DNA from: Octopus bimaculoides
Lineage: Eukaryota
Assembly: GCF_001194135.2 (NCBI RefSeq)
Contig: NC_068985.1
Coordinates: 280,134-344,133 of the forward strand
Reading direction: 5' to 3'
DNA length: 64,000 bases
This document shows positions 26,144-38,639 of the stretch, piece after piece. Below the pieces are notes generated by a model that saw nothing but the letters and a program-made list of their open reading frames with translations, ran no database searches and was not told where the DNA came from. Within the stretch, counting starts at the first letter, position 1; every line of letters starts with the position of its first letter. The translations under genes and the position numbers were made by a program.

Positions 26144-27620
26144 ATCATTGTTTAACATCTGCTTTCCCTGCTGGCAAGGGTAGGATGGTTTGACAGGGAC
26201 TGGCTTGTCTCAATGTCATCTTTGGCATGATTTCCACAGCTAGATGCCTTTCATAAAACCAACCACTTTACAGAATGTAGTGGGTGCCCTTTTTCATGCC
26301 ACTGGCACTAGTGAGGTTGCCATGTAACTAGCAAGACAAGAACGAAAAAAGAAAGAACAGAGGAGGAGAGGGAAAGGGGGGGAGCTCCCATAACTGAGAA
26401 GCATCTGAGAGGGGAAGGTGGAGATGAGTGGCTGTATGCCAGATGTTGAAAGACTAATGTATGATAGAGGGGGGAGTACAAGTGTCTTGCTATAGAGGAG
26501 TTATGTGGCTGAAGGATAATAAGAGGGGGAGGGTGTCGCGATGGGGTGCTGGAGCAAACTCTTAAGGTACAGGTAACAAGAAAGTGAGCATAAGAGAGGA
26601 TAAGAATAGTGGATTATGGGATGGGATAAGAGAGTATGAGGCAAAAGTAAACAAAAGAAGGTAAAGGTTGGCGTAGTGAGTGAAATGAAGGATGGGGCAG
26701 AGAGGATTTGAAACCCCCAGTATGCAGAGGTGAGAGGTGGAAGATATAGAAGGGGTTCAAGGAGGGGAACAGAACAAAAAGTAGTAGAACGATATGTAAG
26801 ATGAAGGAACAATGAAGGTGGGGGGGGGTGAGATAGAGATACATAAGAGGCTATTTTAGGTGGGTTATGAGGGTAGATATGGGAGATCATTGAAAATGAT
26901 AGCAGTTAAGAGAGGAGTTTAGAATGGAGACTGAGAGAAGGGAAGAGTGCAAAGGCTGAAGGCACAGAAAGAAGGTAATTGGTTGAAATAATAAGGGTAA
27001 GGATGATGAGGAATGGACGTAGGGTGAGGGTTAGGGTTAGGGATGTAATATGTGCAGTATATTGCTCACAGGTTGAGTGCGACAGCCATGTAAAACCATA
27101 AATGAGGGAAAAGGAATGCTTGATGTGTATGGCAGAGAGGAGATGGGGACATGGCCTTCCACACACAGCTATATCTGAGTGCTTTTAGGATCTCATTTTT
27201 GCTGTAATGGATGGGTCTTCTTGAACACAGCAAGATGCCAGTCTTCTCAGTTCTTTGTTATCCTCCTCTCTAAGACTAAACATCTAGAGATTGACCTTCA
27301 ATACTCATGTCTTCCTGGGTCTACTTCTTCTGCAAGTACTATCTATTTCAAGTGCTCAGCACTGCTTTATGCAACTGTCCTCATCCAGATGCATCACATG
27401 ACCAAAACCAATGTGGTCTTCTCTCTTGCACACCACATCTGATTCGTCTTAAGCTTAACTTTTCTCTCAATACCTTTGCACTTTGTTGTACATGCACACA
27501 GACATTGCACATCAAGTGGAGCATACTAGCTTCATTCCTCTCTAGTCGGCAGTCATGGCTCATGTCTCACAACCATGAAGCATTGCTGTTCGTACACAAG
27601 CATCATATGGTCTGCTTTTC

Positions 27621-27656
<36 letters not shown>

Positions 27657-28130
27657 GGAAAGAGAGAGAAAGAGAGAAAGAGAGAAAGAAAGAGAAATAG
27701 AGAAAGAGAGAGAAAGAGAGAGAGAGAGAGAAAGAAAGAGAAAGAGAGAGAGCTTCTGTGTTGCCAGTAGGAGTTGTTGCTCTCTAAACTTCCTCTATCC
27801 TTCTCTTATTCTAGTGACTACACTTTTAGATTATTGTCCTCCTCTGCTAATTAGATCACCAAGGTAACAGAAGTTATCTATTATCTCTAGGGAGCCCCCA
27901 GGGTACTTGAGAAAATCATTTCCCATGTAACCATAACACCTGTGCATCTTCCACAAACAAAAACTATTTTCTCTCTTAACCTTAACTGTGATTCTACTGC
28001 ACCTCTTGTGTGTCCATAGCTTGCATTGGGTACACTGTATGGAATTCCTGCCTACACCTTTCGTACACATAGAGTAGGGCCATTTACCTGAGGGGGAATG
28101 GTCCTGTCTGATTTCTTGCTTACTGGAACC
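26144..28130 (-). mobile_element. RTE LINE, longest copy in the window (RT with Cys-rich insert, C-terminus, long 3' UTR)
   Basis: Minus-strand CTKGVGRNSIQCTQCKLWTHKRCS...LEIIDNFCYLGDLISRGG and RLERNEASML...VLREKLSLRRIRCGVQERRPHWF; (GA)n inserted at 27625-27750. Confidence 0.85.
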
Positions 28131-28990
28131 TTGGTCTTGGCTAAGTTAACTTTAAAACCTTTAAAGTTACTTTCAGTATTTCGTCCTTTTAAAAGTGTTG
28201 TCCACTTTCAGTCCATATTCACACTTTCTTCAGCAAAGTAGATTTGGAAAGCTTTCTTATCCAGGACAAACTTGTTTTATCCTCATCATTGATTGTTTGT
28301 TGTTTGTCCTAATGATACTTCTTTTCTCTGAATATTTTTCAAAACAGAATATTTTTCTGCAGTATTGTTTGTCTTACTATTTTATATGTCATATGGAAAT
28401 TGTGAACTCCTATTCAAGTTTTAGATTTGTACAACCAACAGGAATTAACAGTAAAAGATTATTCAATTCCAATGAGAATCTCATTCTCTATAATTGTAGA
28501 GAAGATGCTTAGATAATCAATTTCATAGTGTTACAAAATCATAAATATTGCTCCATAAATATTGCTAATGCTTCCAATCCTTATTTTCGTATCTTGAATT
28601 GATGCAGTTTTATTGTTTTCACAACAATTTTCAATGTTTCTTATAATAGAACATTTATTTGCAAGTCTTGCTTTGTTTTTTCCTTTACTCTTGTGTCATT
28701 CATGTCTATAATTTACTGTCATCATTTTCTTCTTAATGCTACAACTTTTCTGCTCAGTTTTTCTATTATCATCCACAGTTACTGAAGCAAGATAATCTGC
28801 TGTATTTTGGTATATGTTACAGTGATAATCTTCACTTTATATTGTGACTATTGGCAGGAAGACAAACAAGTTAAAAGTTACAATTCAAATGTCAGTTAAT
28901 CATCATATGACACACTACTGAATAGATTGCTCAGATTCAATGTTTCAAGACATGACATATTTAAAATTGTCTCTGCTACATCTGCATCTA

Positions 28991-29027
<37 letters not shown>

Positions 29028-29912
29028 NNNNNNNNNNNNNNNNNNNNNNNNNNNNNNNNNNNNNNNNNNNNNNNNNNNNNNNNNNNNNNNNNNNNNNNNN
29101 NNNNNNNNNNNNNNNNNNNNNNNNNNNNNNNNNNNNNNNNNNNNNNNNNNNNNNNNNNNNNNNNNNNNNNNNNNNNNNNNNNNNNNNNNNNNNNNNNNNN
29201 NNNNNNNNNNNNNNNNNNNNNNNNNNNNNNNNNNNNNNNNNNNNNNNNNNNNNNNNNNNNNNNNNNNNNNNNNNNNNNNNNNNNNNNNNNNNNNNNNNNN
29301 NNNNNNNNNNNNNNNNNNNNNNNNNNNNNNNNNNNNNNNNNNNNNNNNNNNNNNNNNNNNNNNNNNNNNNNNNNNNNNNNNNNNNNNNNNNNNNNNNNNN
29401 NNNNNNNNNNNNNNNNNNNNNNNNNNNNNNNNNNNNNNNNNNNNNNNNNNNNNNNNNNNNNNNNNNNNNNNNNNNNNNNNNNNNNNNNNNNNNNNNNNNN
29501 NNNNNNNNNNNNNNNNNNNNNNNNNNNNNNNNNNNNNNNNNNNNNNNNNNNNNNNNNNNNNNNNNNNNNNNNNNNNNNNNNNNNNNNNNNNNNNNNNNNN
29601 NNNNNNNNNNNNNNNNNNNNNNNNNNNNNNNNNNNNNNNNNNNNNNNNNNNNNNNNNNNNNNNNNNNNNNNNNNNNNNNNNNNNNNNNNNNNNNNNNNNN
29701 NNNNNNNNNNNNNNNNNNNNNNNNNNNNNNNNNNNNNNNNNNNNNNNNNNNNNNNNNNNNNNNNNNNNNNNNNNNNNNNNNNNNNNNNNNNNNNNNNNNN
29801 NNNNNNNNNNNNNNNNNNNNNNNNNNNNNNNNNNNNNNNNNNNNNNNNNNNNNNNNNNNNNNNNNNNNNNNNNNNNNNNNNNNNNNNNNNNNNNNNNNNN
29901 NNNNNNNNNNNN
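29028..29912. other. Assembly gap (N run)
   Basis: Run of N. Confidence 1.
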
Positions 29913-30250
29913 GTGGCCGTTGCCAGTACCGCCTGACTGGCCTTCGTAGGATTTTCGAGCGAGATCGTTGCCAGTGCCCCTGAACTGGCTCTTGTGCAGG
30001 TGGCACATAAAAGACCATTTCGAGTGTGGCCGTTGCCAGTACCGCCTGACTGGCCTTCATGCGGGTGACACGTAAAAGCACCCACTACACTCTCTGAGTG
30101 GTTGATGTTAGGAAGGGCATCCAGCTGTAGAAACTCTGCCAAATTAGATTGGAGCCTGGTGTTGCCTTCCGGTTTCACCAGTCCTAAGTCAAATCATTCA
30201 ACCCATGCTAGCATGGAAAGCGGATGTTAAACGATGATGATGATGATGAT
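29913..30250 (+). mobile_element. RTE 3' UTR copy with internal tandem units
   Basis: gtggccgttgccagtaccgcctgactggcc units repeated, then the standard terminal motif and (GAT)n. Confidence 0.88.
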
Positions 30251-30734
30251 ATATACATGCATATACATGTCTACAAACATACATATATACAAATGTACAC
30301 ATACATACGTACATAAATAAATAAATAAATAAATACACACATATCTATCCATACATACACATATGCATATATGTACACACACCCATGTTTACATATATAT
30401 ACATACACACACATGCACAGATATACTCATACATACACACACACATATCTATCTACACACACGCATATACATACACACACATGCATGGATATATTCATGC
30501 ATATGCACACATATATATAAAAATGTGCATCCATACACATGCATATATCTACACCTACTTTTATAATGCATTCAGTAAGAAACACAGCTACAGATATAAC
30601 AGTTTAGTCTCACAAGGTATGAGAGCACACACCACATTCTATTGGATAGTATTTGGAAGTATGGTGTAAAATGTGTTTGTATTTGCTATTCGATTTGTTC
30701 TTGCTTCTTTAAGCCAATACCCCATCATTTTGTA

Positions 30735-31250
30735 TGAGAGGAAGTCAAAAATTATCCACACTTTCACCATAACATATCTTTATTATTGTCGTACTGGCTT
30801 CTGCACGTGCGTGCTTGTAGTTGGTACTACCGTGGTCATGTGATCGAAGTTTGAGCCTGATCATGCCATTTTTTCTTCCTGGCTTTACAGTTAAGCATGG
30901 GTGCTCTACTAACAAAGTGCACCAAAGAAGAACAAAAAGCAGTAATCTGATTTCTCTGGAAAAGGGGTGTACGATCAACAGTTCAAGATACAGTGCTTTG
31001 CTGGCCAACAAACCGAAGCCAGCAATTCACACCAGACACTGAAGCCTATTGTGAAAGAAAGCTTTGTTGTTGCATGACAATGCACGCCCACACACGGCTG
31101 CCCAGACTGCAATTGGGTTTTGAGGTGCTGGAACACCCTGTCTACAGCCCAGACCTCACTCCTTCCGACTATCATATATTTGGACTGTTCAAAAATGGTT
31201 TACAAGGTCATCGATTTCCTATGGATGAAGATGTGTTATATTCGTGTATA
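30735..31250 (+). mobile_element. Mariner-like element, internally deleted
   Basis: 5' ORF start MGALLTKCTKEEQKAVI*FLW joined to catalytic region ...LLLHDNARPHTAAQT / LGFEVLEHPVYSPDLTPSDYHIFG (mariner HDNARPH and YSPDLAPSD motifs); TA then a TIR-like gagaggaagtcaaaaattatcc at the 5' end. Confidence 0.9.
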
Positions 31251-31609
31251 TTATTAATCTTCATTCATAATGTCTCATCTGTCATTTATTACACTTCAGA
31301 TGTGGAAAGCACACAGGAGCAGCACACATAGGAAATAAATTCTTTCAGAAAGAGTTGATAACTTTTGTTACTTATTTAACATGAAAGTTGCTGATAGCTT
31401 TTGTGACTAACAGCAATGGAAGTCACTGATTCAAATGTGTCATAACCAGAGTAAAAATTGGGTAGAAGAAATTCAAGGAGTAATTTATAGTAATGAGGTA
31501 AGGAAAAGTTTCTCTTTTAGGACTTATGAAGTTAATGTACCAGATATGATGCTGTATGATAGCTAGGCTAGAGCTTTGAATATGGAGTAAAAAAGAAAGC
31601 AAGATTTCC

Positions 31610-32180
31610 TTAATGGAGCATAAATGAACTGGGAGAAAAGTTAGATGTAAAAGAAATCAAATGTAGTTTGTAAGAGAGAAAACTGCCCTGGTTCAGTGGA
31701 ATGATGCATATGGATGATATCAGTTGTATAAAGAGGTGTTGAGTGTTTGAGGTGCATGGAGCGAATGAATGAGGGAAATCTACGAAGACATGTAGTGAAT
31801 ACTGATCATAAGAGGCTGAACCGCATAAAGGAAGTGAGAAAGAAATACAATGAGTGACAACAAGCAGAAGATCCACTGGTGCAAACATTCAGATGGTTTT
31901 GTCTCCATCAATCTCTTTACCATGTTATCTTTAAAGAACGAAGACAATATATAATAGGAAAGACTCTTTAGTCTTACCAAGGATATTATCACCCCTCTAA
32001 TGTTAGTGACATGATAAAATGCATTCAGTATTCTCTGTAAAGGCAACTGGCTGTGGAAACCTTACCAAAAATATCCTGTACAAATGAGACATAGTTGCAA
32101 CTGTTATGGAAGGTAAAAACTTCAATTAAGAACTGGTTCAGATTGTGGACTCACCTACCTCATGCCAGCATCAAAAGTGA
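31610..32180 (+). mobile_element. RTE LINE degenerate fragment
   Basis: Decayed ELGEKLDVKEIKC...MHMDDISCIKRC region, and a terminal catgccagcatc remnant near 32160. Confidence 0.55.
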
Positions 32181-32534
32181 TTAGAAAATAAAAATAATGA
32201 GGACTCTCGGCATTATCTACTTCTAGTCCAAGTTTACTGGAAAGGTCAAAACCAAAAGCAAGCAAGTAATTTTATTTCGATGAAAATATTTAATTTGTAA
32301 AACTAATCTTCTGTATCTTGAAGATTTCATGTCATTTAACCAACAACAAAGGGAAAATTCACAATCTTCCCCTTCTTTAAGTTACGATCGGACAATGACC
32401 ATTTCCAAAAATTTAAAGAAGAATTCTTCATCAGGAGGCACAAACCATTACTGAACACAGAAAAATGACATTCCATACCCCCACCAACAAATAATGGGAT
32501 CCTCTCCTTTTTTTTTATAAAAAAAAGATATATG

Positions 32535-32699
32535 TAGGCTCAGGAGAGGCTGTGTGGTAAATAGCTCGCTTACTAACCACATGGTTCTGGGTTCATTCAC
32601 ACTGCGTGGCATCTTAGGCAAGTGTCTTCTACTATAGCCTCGGGCCGACGAAAGCCTTGTGAGTGGATTTGGTCGATGGAAACCAAGAGAAGCCCGTCG

Positions 32700-32746
<47 letters not shown>

Positions 32747-32945
32747 GTATGTGTGTGTATATGTTTTTGTGTCTGTGTTTGTCCCCCCAACATCGATTGG
32801 CTACCGATGTTGTTTACCGAGTACTTCTTTGTAAGTACTAAGCTTGCAAAGAATAAGTCCTGGGCTCGATTTGCTCGACTAAAGGCGGTGCTCCAGCATG
32901 GCCACAGTCAAATGACTGAAACAAGTAAAAGAGAGTAAAGAGAGT
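32535..32945 (+). mobile_element. tRNA-derived SINE with CORE-like segment and internal (TA)n/(TG)n
   Basis: Head ggctgtgtggtaaatagc...ggttctgggttca (A/B boxes), CORE-like cttaggcaagtgtcttctact, tail gtgctccagcatggccacagtcaaatgactgaaacaag; partial copies at 41788-41870, 40110-40140 and 11425-11460. Confidence 0.8.
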
Positions 32946-33069
32946 ATACACATTGTACACCCTACTTCCAAATACTATCCAATAGAATGTGGTGTGTGCT
33001 CTCATAGCTTGTGAGACTAAACTGTTATATCTGTAGATGTGTTTCTTACTGAATGTATTATAAAAGTAG

Positions 33070-33115
33070 GTGTAGATAATCTAATCCATTCTGTGTAGAT
33101 AATCTAATCCATTCT
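33070..33115. repeat. Perfect 23-bp tandem duplication
   Basis: gtgtagataatctaatccattct twice. Confidence 0.9.
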
Positions 33116-33889
33116 GTTGCTATTGCAAAGTACTCAGTTCAAAAGAAATAATTCTTTTTTTTTTTATTGCATTTGTGTAATTTATTTTTAAATTTCTAAT
33201 TTTAATATGACATTCCTCAGTGTATCTTGTTTTATTGGCTAACTGTTGCAATTAACATATTTGATCTGGTTTCAGGCATTTAACTTGAGATGTTAATGAG
33301 CACTATGCATTAAAATGTAATAAAGAGAACTTGGAAAACATAAGCAATGAAGCAAAACTAATACAAAATACATTTCTCTCGCTTTAGGCGCTGGGACATT
33401 GATTAGAGGTCTGCTGCAATCTAAATGAAAGCAACAGTTTCTACTTTTTCATAGCAAAATGAAAGAGAAGATAAAAAAGGATAAAAATAGTAAAAAGCAA
33501 AATTTATTTATTGCAGAATTACATGTTTCTGAAAATAGAAAACTTAAAATATTTATATTAATTTTACATGATGGTTTTATCTACAATCAAGATGAAATCT
33601 CAGAGAAACTCTTCATTAAATGACTGCAAGCTGATGCTACAGGGCTTGCCTTGTTACGACCCAGTGATTTGCTGTTCATTTAAGAAGTATCATTAACAAG
33701 ATAACATTTGATATCCATGATAAAAAAAAAATAAATAAAAGAAAAATGAACTAAGTAAGAGTGGGGAGTAGTCATCATCCCTTAAATGATCTGTTAATTA
33801 ATTACCTACGTTTCTAATTAATTATCAGCTGCAAATCTGGGGAAAATATGAGTAATTTCAGTAAAATGGATTGTATTTCATTTCCACAC

Positions 33890-34000
33890 ATGATGAGGAG
33901 GATGATGATGATGATAATGATGATGACTATGATGATAATGATGAAGAAAAGGAGGATGAGAAGAAGGAGGGGGAGGAGGAGGAAGACAACGATGATGAGA
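33890..34000. repeat. Compound (GAT)/(GAG) trinucleotide tract
   Basis: gatgatgatgat...gaggaggaggaag. Confidence 0.8.
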
Positions 34001-35601
34001 AGACAAGGAACAAAATGGTGAGGAAATGGAGTGAATATTGGCAATTTCTTTCTATGGTAGCAGAATATTTCTCAAAGTTAGTTATTGTAAGGAGAATAGA
34101 AACCTGATTCAGTTGGGAGGAGAAACTCCAGTGTTTGATTGCAGACAGAGAAGTAGATGCAGAAACACATATAGAAATAACAACATAAGCACACAATATT
34201 CATGTAGCATACATACACAGAATTACATACACATACATGCTCATACACACAAATATAGCCACTGACAAACGCAGCCATATACACTCATAAATTGCTCAAA
34301 GGCATACATACACAGATATACACAGCTAAAATAAGCATGCAAACCCATTCAGTTGCTCTTCAGTCATCTTAATATTAAAAATCAACATTCATAGGTACTT
34401 TATAACATTAGTTCTTTCAAGTGAATATGAAAACATATAAACATATTATGCCATACATTTATGTAGAGTGGTGGTCATTGGTAAAAGAAACACTAGCTGT
34501 CATTAAATTCATATTAGCAAAATGGTGACATCATGACTAATTCATAGTGAAGTCATGAAAAAAATACAAAACTAGCCTGAGTTGAAGATGTACGTAACAT
34601 TAGGATACTGACATTACTATAAACAACACTTGGTCTATGAGCTGAAAAGAGAGCATCCATAGGTTCATTTGATCTACTAAATATAGCAGTCCAAGATGCT
34701 ATGTTATATTTGGAACCTCTTCATTGCAGGTACATTGGTTCAGAGCTGATCTGGGGTTAATCAACAACATTTCTAAGGCCTTAGTGAAAAAAATAAAGAG
34801 GAACCCAGTAATTTTGAAACAAGAAATTCATCAATTAAAATAAATATTCCTCTTTCATTAAATTGCAAAGGTTGTGTAGCTTCGATGAAGCCTGTAGTTT
34901 TCAAGGTTTACCAACATTTTTAGCTTTTGTATCCTTGTACAACTGTAAAAGAGAAACTTATTTGAACTTCTAAAATAAAATGATTCAATTAGTAATAGAT
35001 AAATTTCAAAATTGGTTACTCAAGTTTCATGTGAGTAATATTCTATTTGCACCGATTCAACAAAAAGGGATGGACTGAAAGATAAACATTTACACTCATA
35101 ATACACATGTCATACTATAGAGAAATATAGTTAAAATATGTATGTAGTAAATTCATACAACTCATGCCAGCCCGGGAAAACAAGTGTTCCAATGATGGTA
35201 ATGGTGGTGGTAGTGGTGCATTCATGCATACACATATATATGCATTCAATCATGCAAAGACATAAAGAAATGCTTTGATGTTTTTCGTAACTGTGTACAT
35301 GACACACTTCTGAATACAGAATATTTTAATATTTCACTCACAACACACATTTTAATCTAACAATGATAAAATCTAATCTAAAAGGTGGGATTTCTTGTGT
35401 GCAGCTGACATCCATATCCCTTCCACTACACACGACAGAAACTAGCTGAGATGAAATATAACCAGATTTAGCACAATGTACGCTCCCCGACTCTACCATA
35501 CAATCAATGATTGATCAATCGATGTATATTGACATGTTTCTTCACTTCAATACACACAATAGTTGTTATTCTCTCCAGTAACAACATTAACAATGATTGG
35601 A

Positions 35602-35635
<34 letters not shown>

Positions 35636-36076
35636 GATGATTATAACTACAGTTTCAGTGAAGTAATAATACTACTCTCATATCTGTCCCCACCCCCCTC
35701 CTCACCAATTTATATTGGATCAAATAAACAGAATTTAAAATCTAGGTGTGCTGAATCTAAAAGATAGAGAGCTGAGATATTTCAAATGAGATTATCCTTT
35801 CTCTTATCACAGATCAGACTAGGAATTCTCTAACTTTGGCATTTCTGACAGATTTCTCTTGTAGAACAGTTTCAAAAAGCTTTTAAAAAAATCTGAAAGA
35901 TGTTTAAGGACATTATAATACTAAAACATTTAAAATGAAGAAGAAAATAAAATGTTTTATGTATAGTCTAAGGTAGGAAATTTGGATCGAAGTAAAGTAT
36001 AAGGTTTCAAGTTAGTGATTGTTAAATTTAAGACAAATTCTTTGACTAGACTGACGAAAATATTGCTCCTGTTATG

Positions 36077-36081
<5 letters not shown>

Positions 36082-36160
<79 letters not shown>
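36082..36160. repeat. (TA)n microsatellite
   Basis: Perfect TA run. Confidence 0.97.
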
Positions 36161-36164
<4 letters not shown>

Positions 36165-38244
36165 TATGCATTTGACTTAGCATAATACTTTTTATATATT
36201 TTCAGTGCTGGAATAAGTCAATGGAGACTGCAAATAAGAAGAATTACGATCTTCAAAGTCAAGTGTATTAAAACGGAACTCCCAAATTTTAAACTGGGAA
36301 CACTGTCTATTTTCTTTTTAATGTGTATGTCATTGTTGATAAATGTTCCAACCAAAAAAGAAGGCATTAAAACTACTAATTTAGGAGCTGTTTTTAGTAT
36401 TATACAAATATTTATGTTTCAGAAAATTCTGGTATTTTTGTTCAATCCTTATATTTCATTTCATTTGCTTGTTTTTGTTTCCATAAAATATTTGATTTCA
36501 ACTATTTTGATAATAATTGATAGTTCTATGAAACTACAACAAAAGGAATTCAAGTGACCATAAGAAAAAACCATTGAGGCTACTTGTGCAAGATGCTATG
36601 AAGTTTGAAACTGTAGCAAACCACTCAGAGAACCTAAACAATTCCTAAGTGAAATAGAAAACCATATCAAGAATGTCATTGAACAAGAGAAAGGTGATAA
36701 AGGTTATGGACAATTCCTACCTCAATAGGCACGTGTAAAACTTTCTAAACAAACTAGCGGTCTGGGATGATCATGATAAAAGTATTAAAAGCTGGAGCAA
36801 AGAGATGAGTGGGTAAGGTTACTCTTTCTGACACTTGCTCTTTGTGACAATTAAAAAAGAAGCATAGAAGTATTAATCTTAAGAAGTTAATTAATATGAA
36901 GACTTAGCAGGAGGGTCAGCTTATATGCTATTTGAGGAGATTAGTTTACTGCTGGTTAGTAAAAGAAATAAGAGTTTGAAAATAGGGAAAGAAGTTCCAG
37001 GAAGGGTTTCTGATATGTTGAAAGAATCAGGCAGTTAAGAAAATTCTTGTTCTGAGGTACTATTTATTTGGCTCTGCTTAAAACAATCAGAAACTATCAC
37101 ATGAAGGGAGACAATCAAAGAGAATATTCTATTGCCATTTTAAATTGAGGCCATTCCTGTTATTGAATGATTTCCTAATATTTAGAACTACAAACATGTG
37201 ATCTACCTTAAAAGGCAAGTAGTGATATTGTTGAGGAAAATTTGGTTTCTGTAACTTATATAATCAGGTAGAAGCTTAATTGTTGGCTTGAGATAATCAA
37301 CTCAGGCAAGATGGAATTATCATCAAATGATCAGTGTAGCAGCATCAACACCAACTGCAGATTCTAGAATCTGTCTTACTCTCTGCTTGCCCCGTCTTCA
37401 AAATTGAACTTATTGTTTCAGGGGATAGTTTTGTACAATGTTTTTAAATGTCAGGCTAAATTATTTTACACTGTTATTACATGTTGGGAGAATGCCTGGA
37501 TCTGATTTTCATTTATAAGCATCACCATTTTATGCCTGTTTGTCAAAGCTGGTAGAACAGAATGTGACAAACAGCTTCTTTAGCTCATTGAGATCTACAA
37601 ATCTCTAACAGACACAACAAAGATAATTGGTCAACTGTGCAGTTAGGATTTTCGATGATAGTGATTTGAGGTGACACAGCAAATTTGCATGGATAATTAT
37701 CTCCATTCATTTGAATAAGTGAAGCCAATTGTTTATTAACTCAATGCTGAAGACAAAAAACAAAGAGGGTTCCATACATTTAGAAGAAATTGAAATAGCT
37801 GATGAGAATGGGAAGAAATCAGCAAGATGATTGCTAACAGGCTTTCAGAACTAATTCCTTTGAGAATTCAAAAGATTTGTTGCTCATGGTGACAGAGAAT
37901 GTGTATTAATAGAGATGCATTAACATAAAATAATTTATACAATTTAAAAAGCCCTATTTTTTTGTAACTTAATATACAATCATTAATAGAATGGAGTCAA
38001 GAAAGTCGATGCCCAAATTTGGTCTGGAGCAGAACAACTCAAAGGTAACTTTTATGTTATTTCTGTGAGGCATAACTTTAGTCATAGCTATTAATGCAAA
38101 ACTGTTGATTGATCAGTGATTAGACAGTGAAATACCAGAAGGTACAATGGTGAGAAAAAGTTTGTTGCATGTAAATTTTAATGTTAAGTAAGGAATCAGA
38201 AAAAAGTAATACAGTATAAAAAAAGTATTTTCTTTGTTGCTATG

Positions 38245-38620
38245 GAGATGAAGTGTGCAGGAGAGAAGACTGCACTGGTATGGTCATGTGATGCATATGG
38301 ATGAGGACAGGTGCATAAAGAAGTGATAACCTCTAATTATGAAAGGAACCTGTGAAAGAGGTAGACCCAGGATGATGTGGGATGAGGTGGTGAAATGTGA
38401 TCTTCAGATGTTGAGTCTCGTGGCAACAATGACTGACTTCTGGCACATTGCTATGCTTGAGAAGACATGTCAAGCTAAGTGAATTTGTGGTCATGGCTAG
38501 TGCCAGTGACACGTGAATGGTACCTGTGCTGGTGATGTATTAATGACACCTGTGCAGATGACAGGTGAAAGACACCTATGCCAGTGAGATGTAAAAGACA
38601 ACCAGTACACACTATGGGGT
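38245..38620 (+). mobile_element. RTE LINE ORF2 C-terminus plus partial 3' UTR
   Basis: VQERRLHWYGHVMHMDEDRCIKK...GRPRMMWDEVV...MLEKTCQAK*. Confidence 0.8.
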
Positions 38621-38639
38621 GGTGTAATAATAGACAAGA

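Noticed and set aside
33871-34107. Acidic ORF MYFISTHDEEDDDD...
   Set aside because: Driven by a GAT/GAG trinucleotide tract; no splice or homology support
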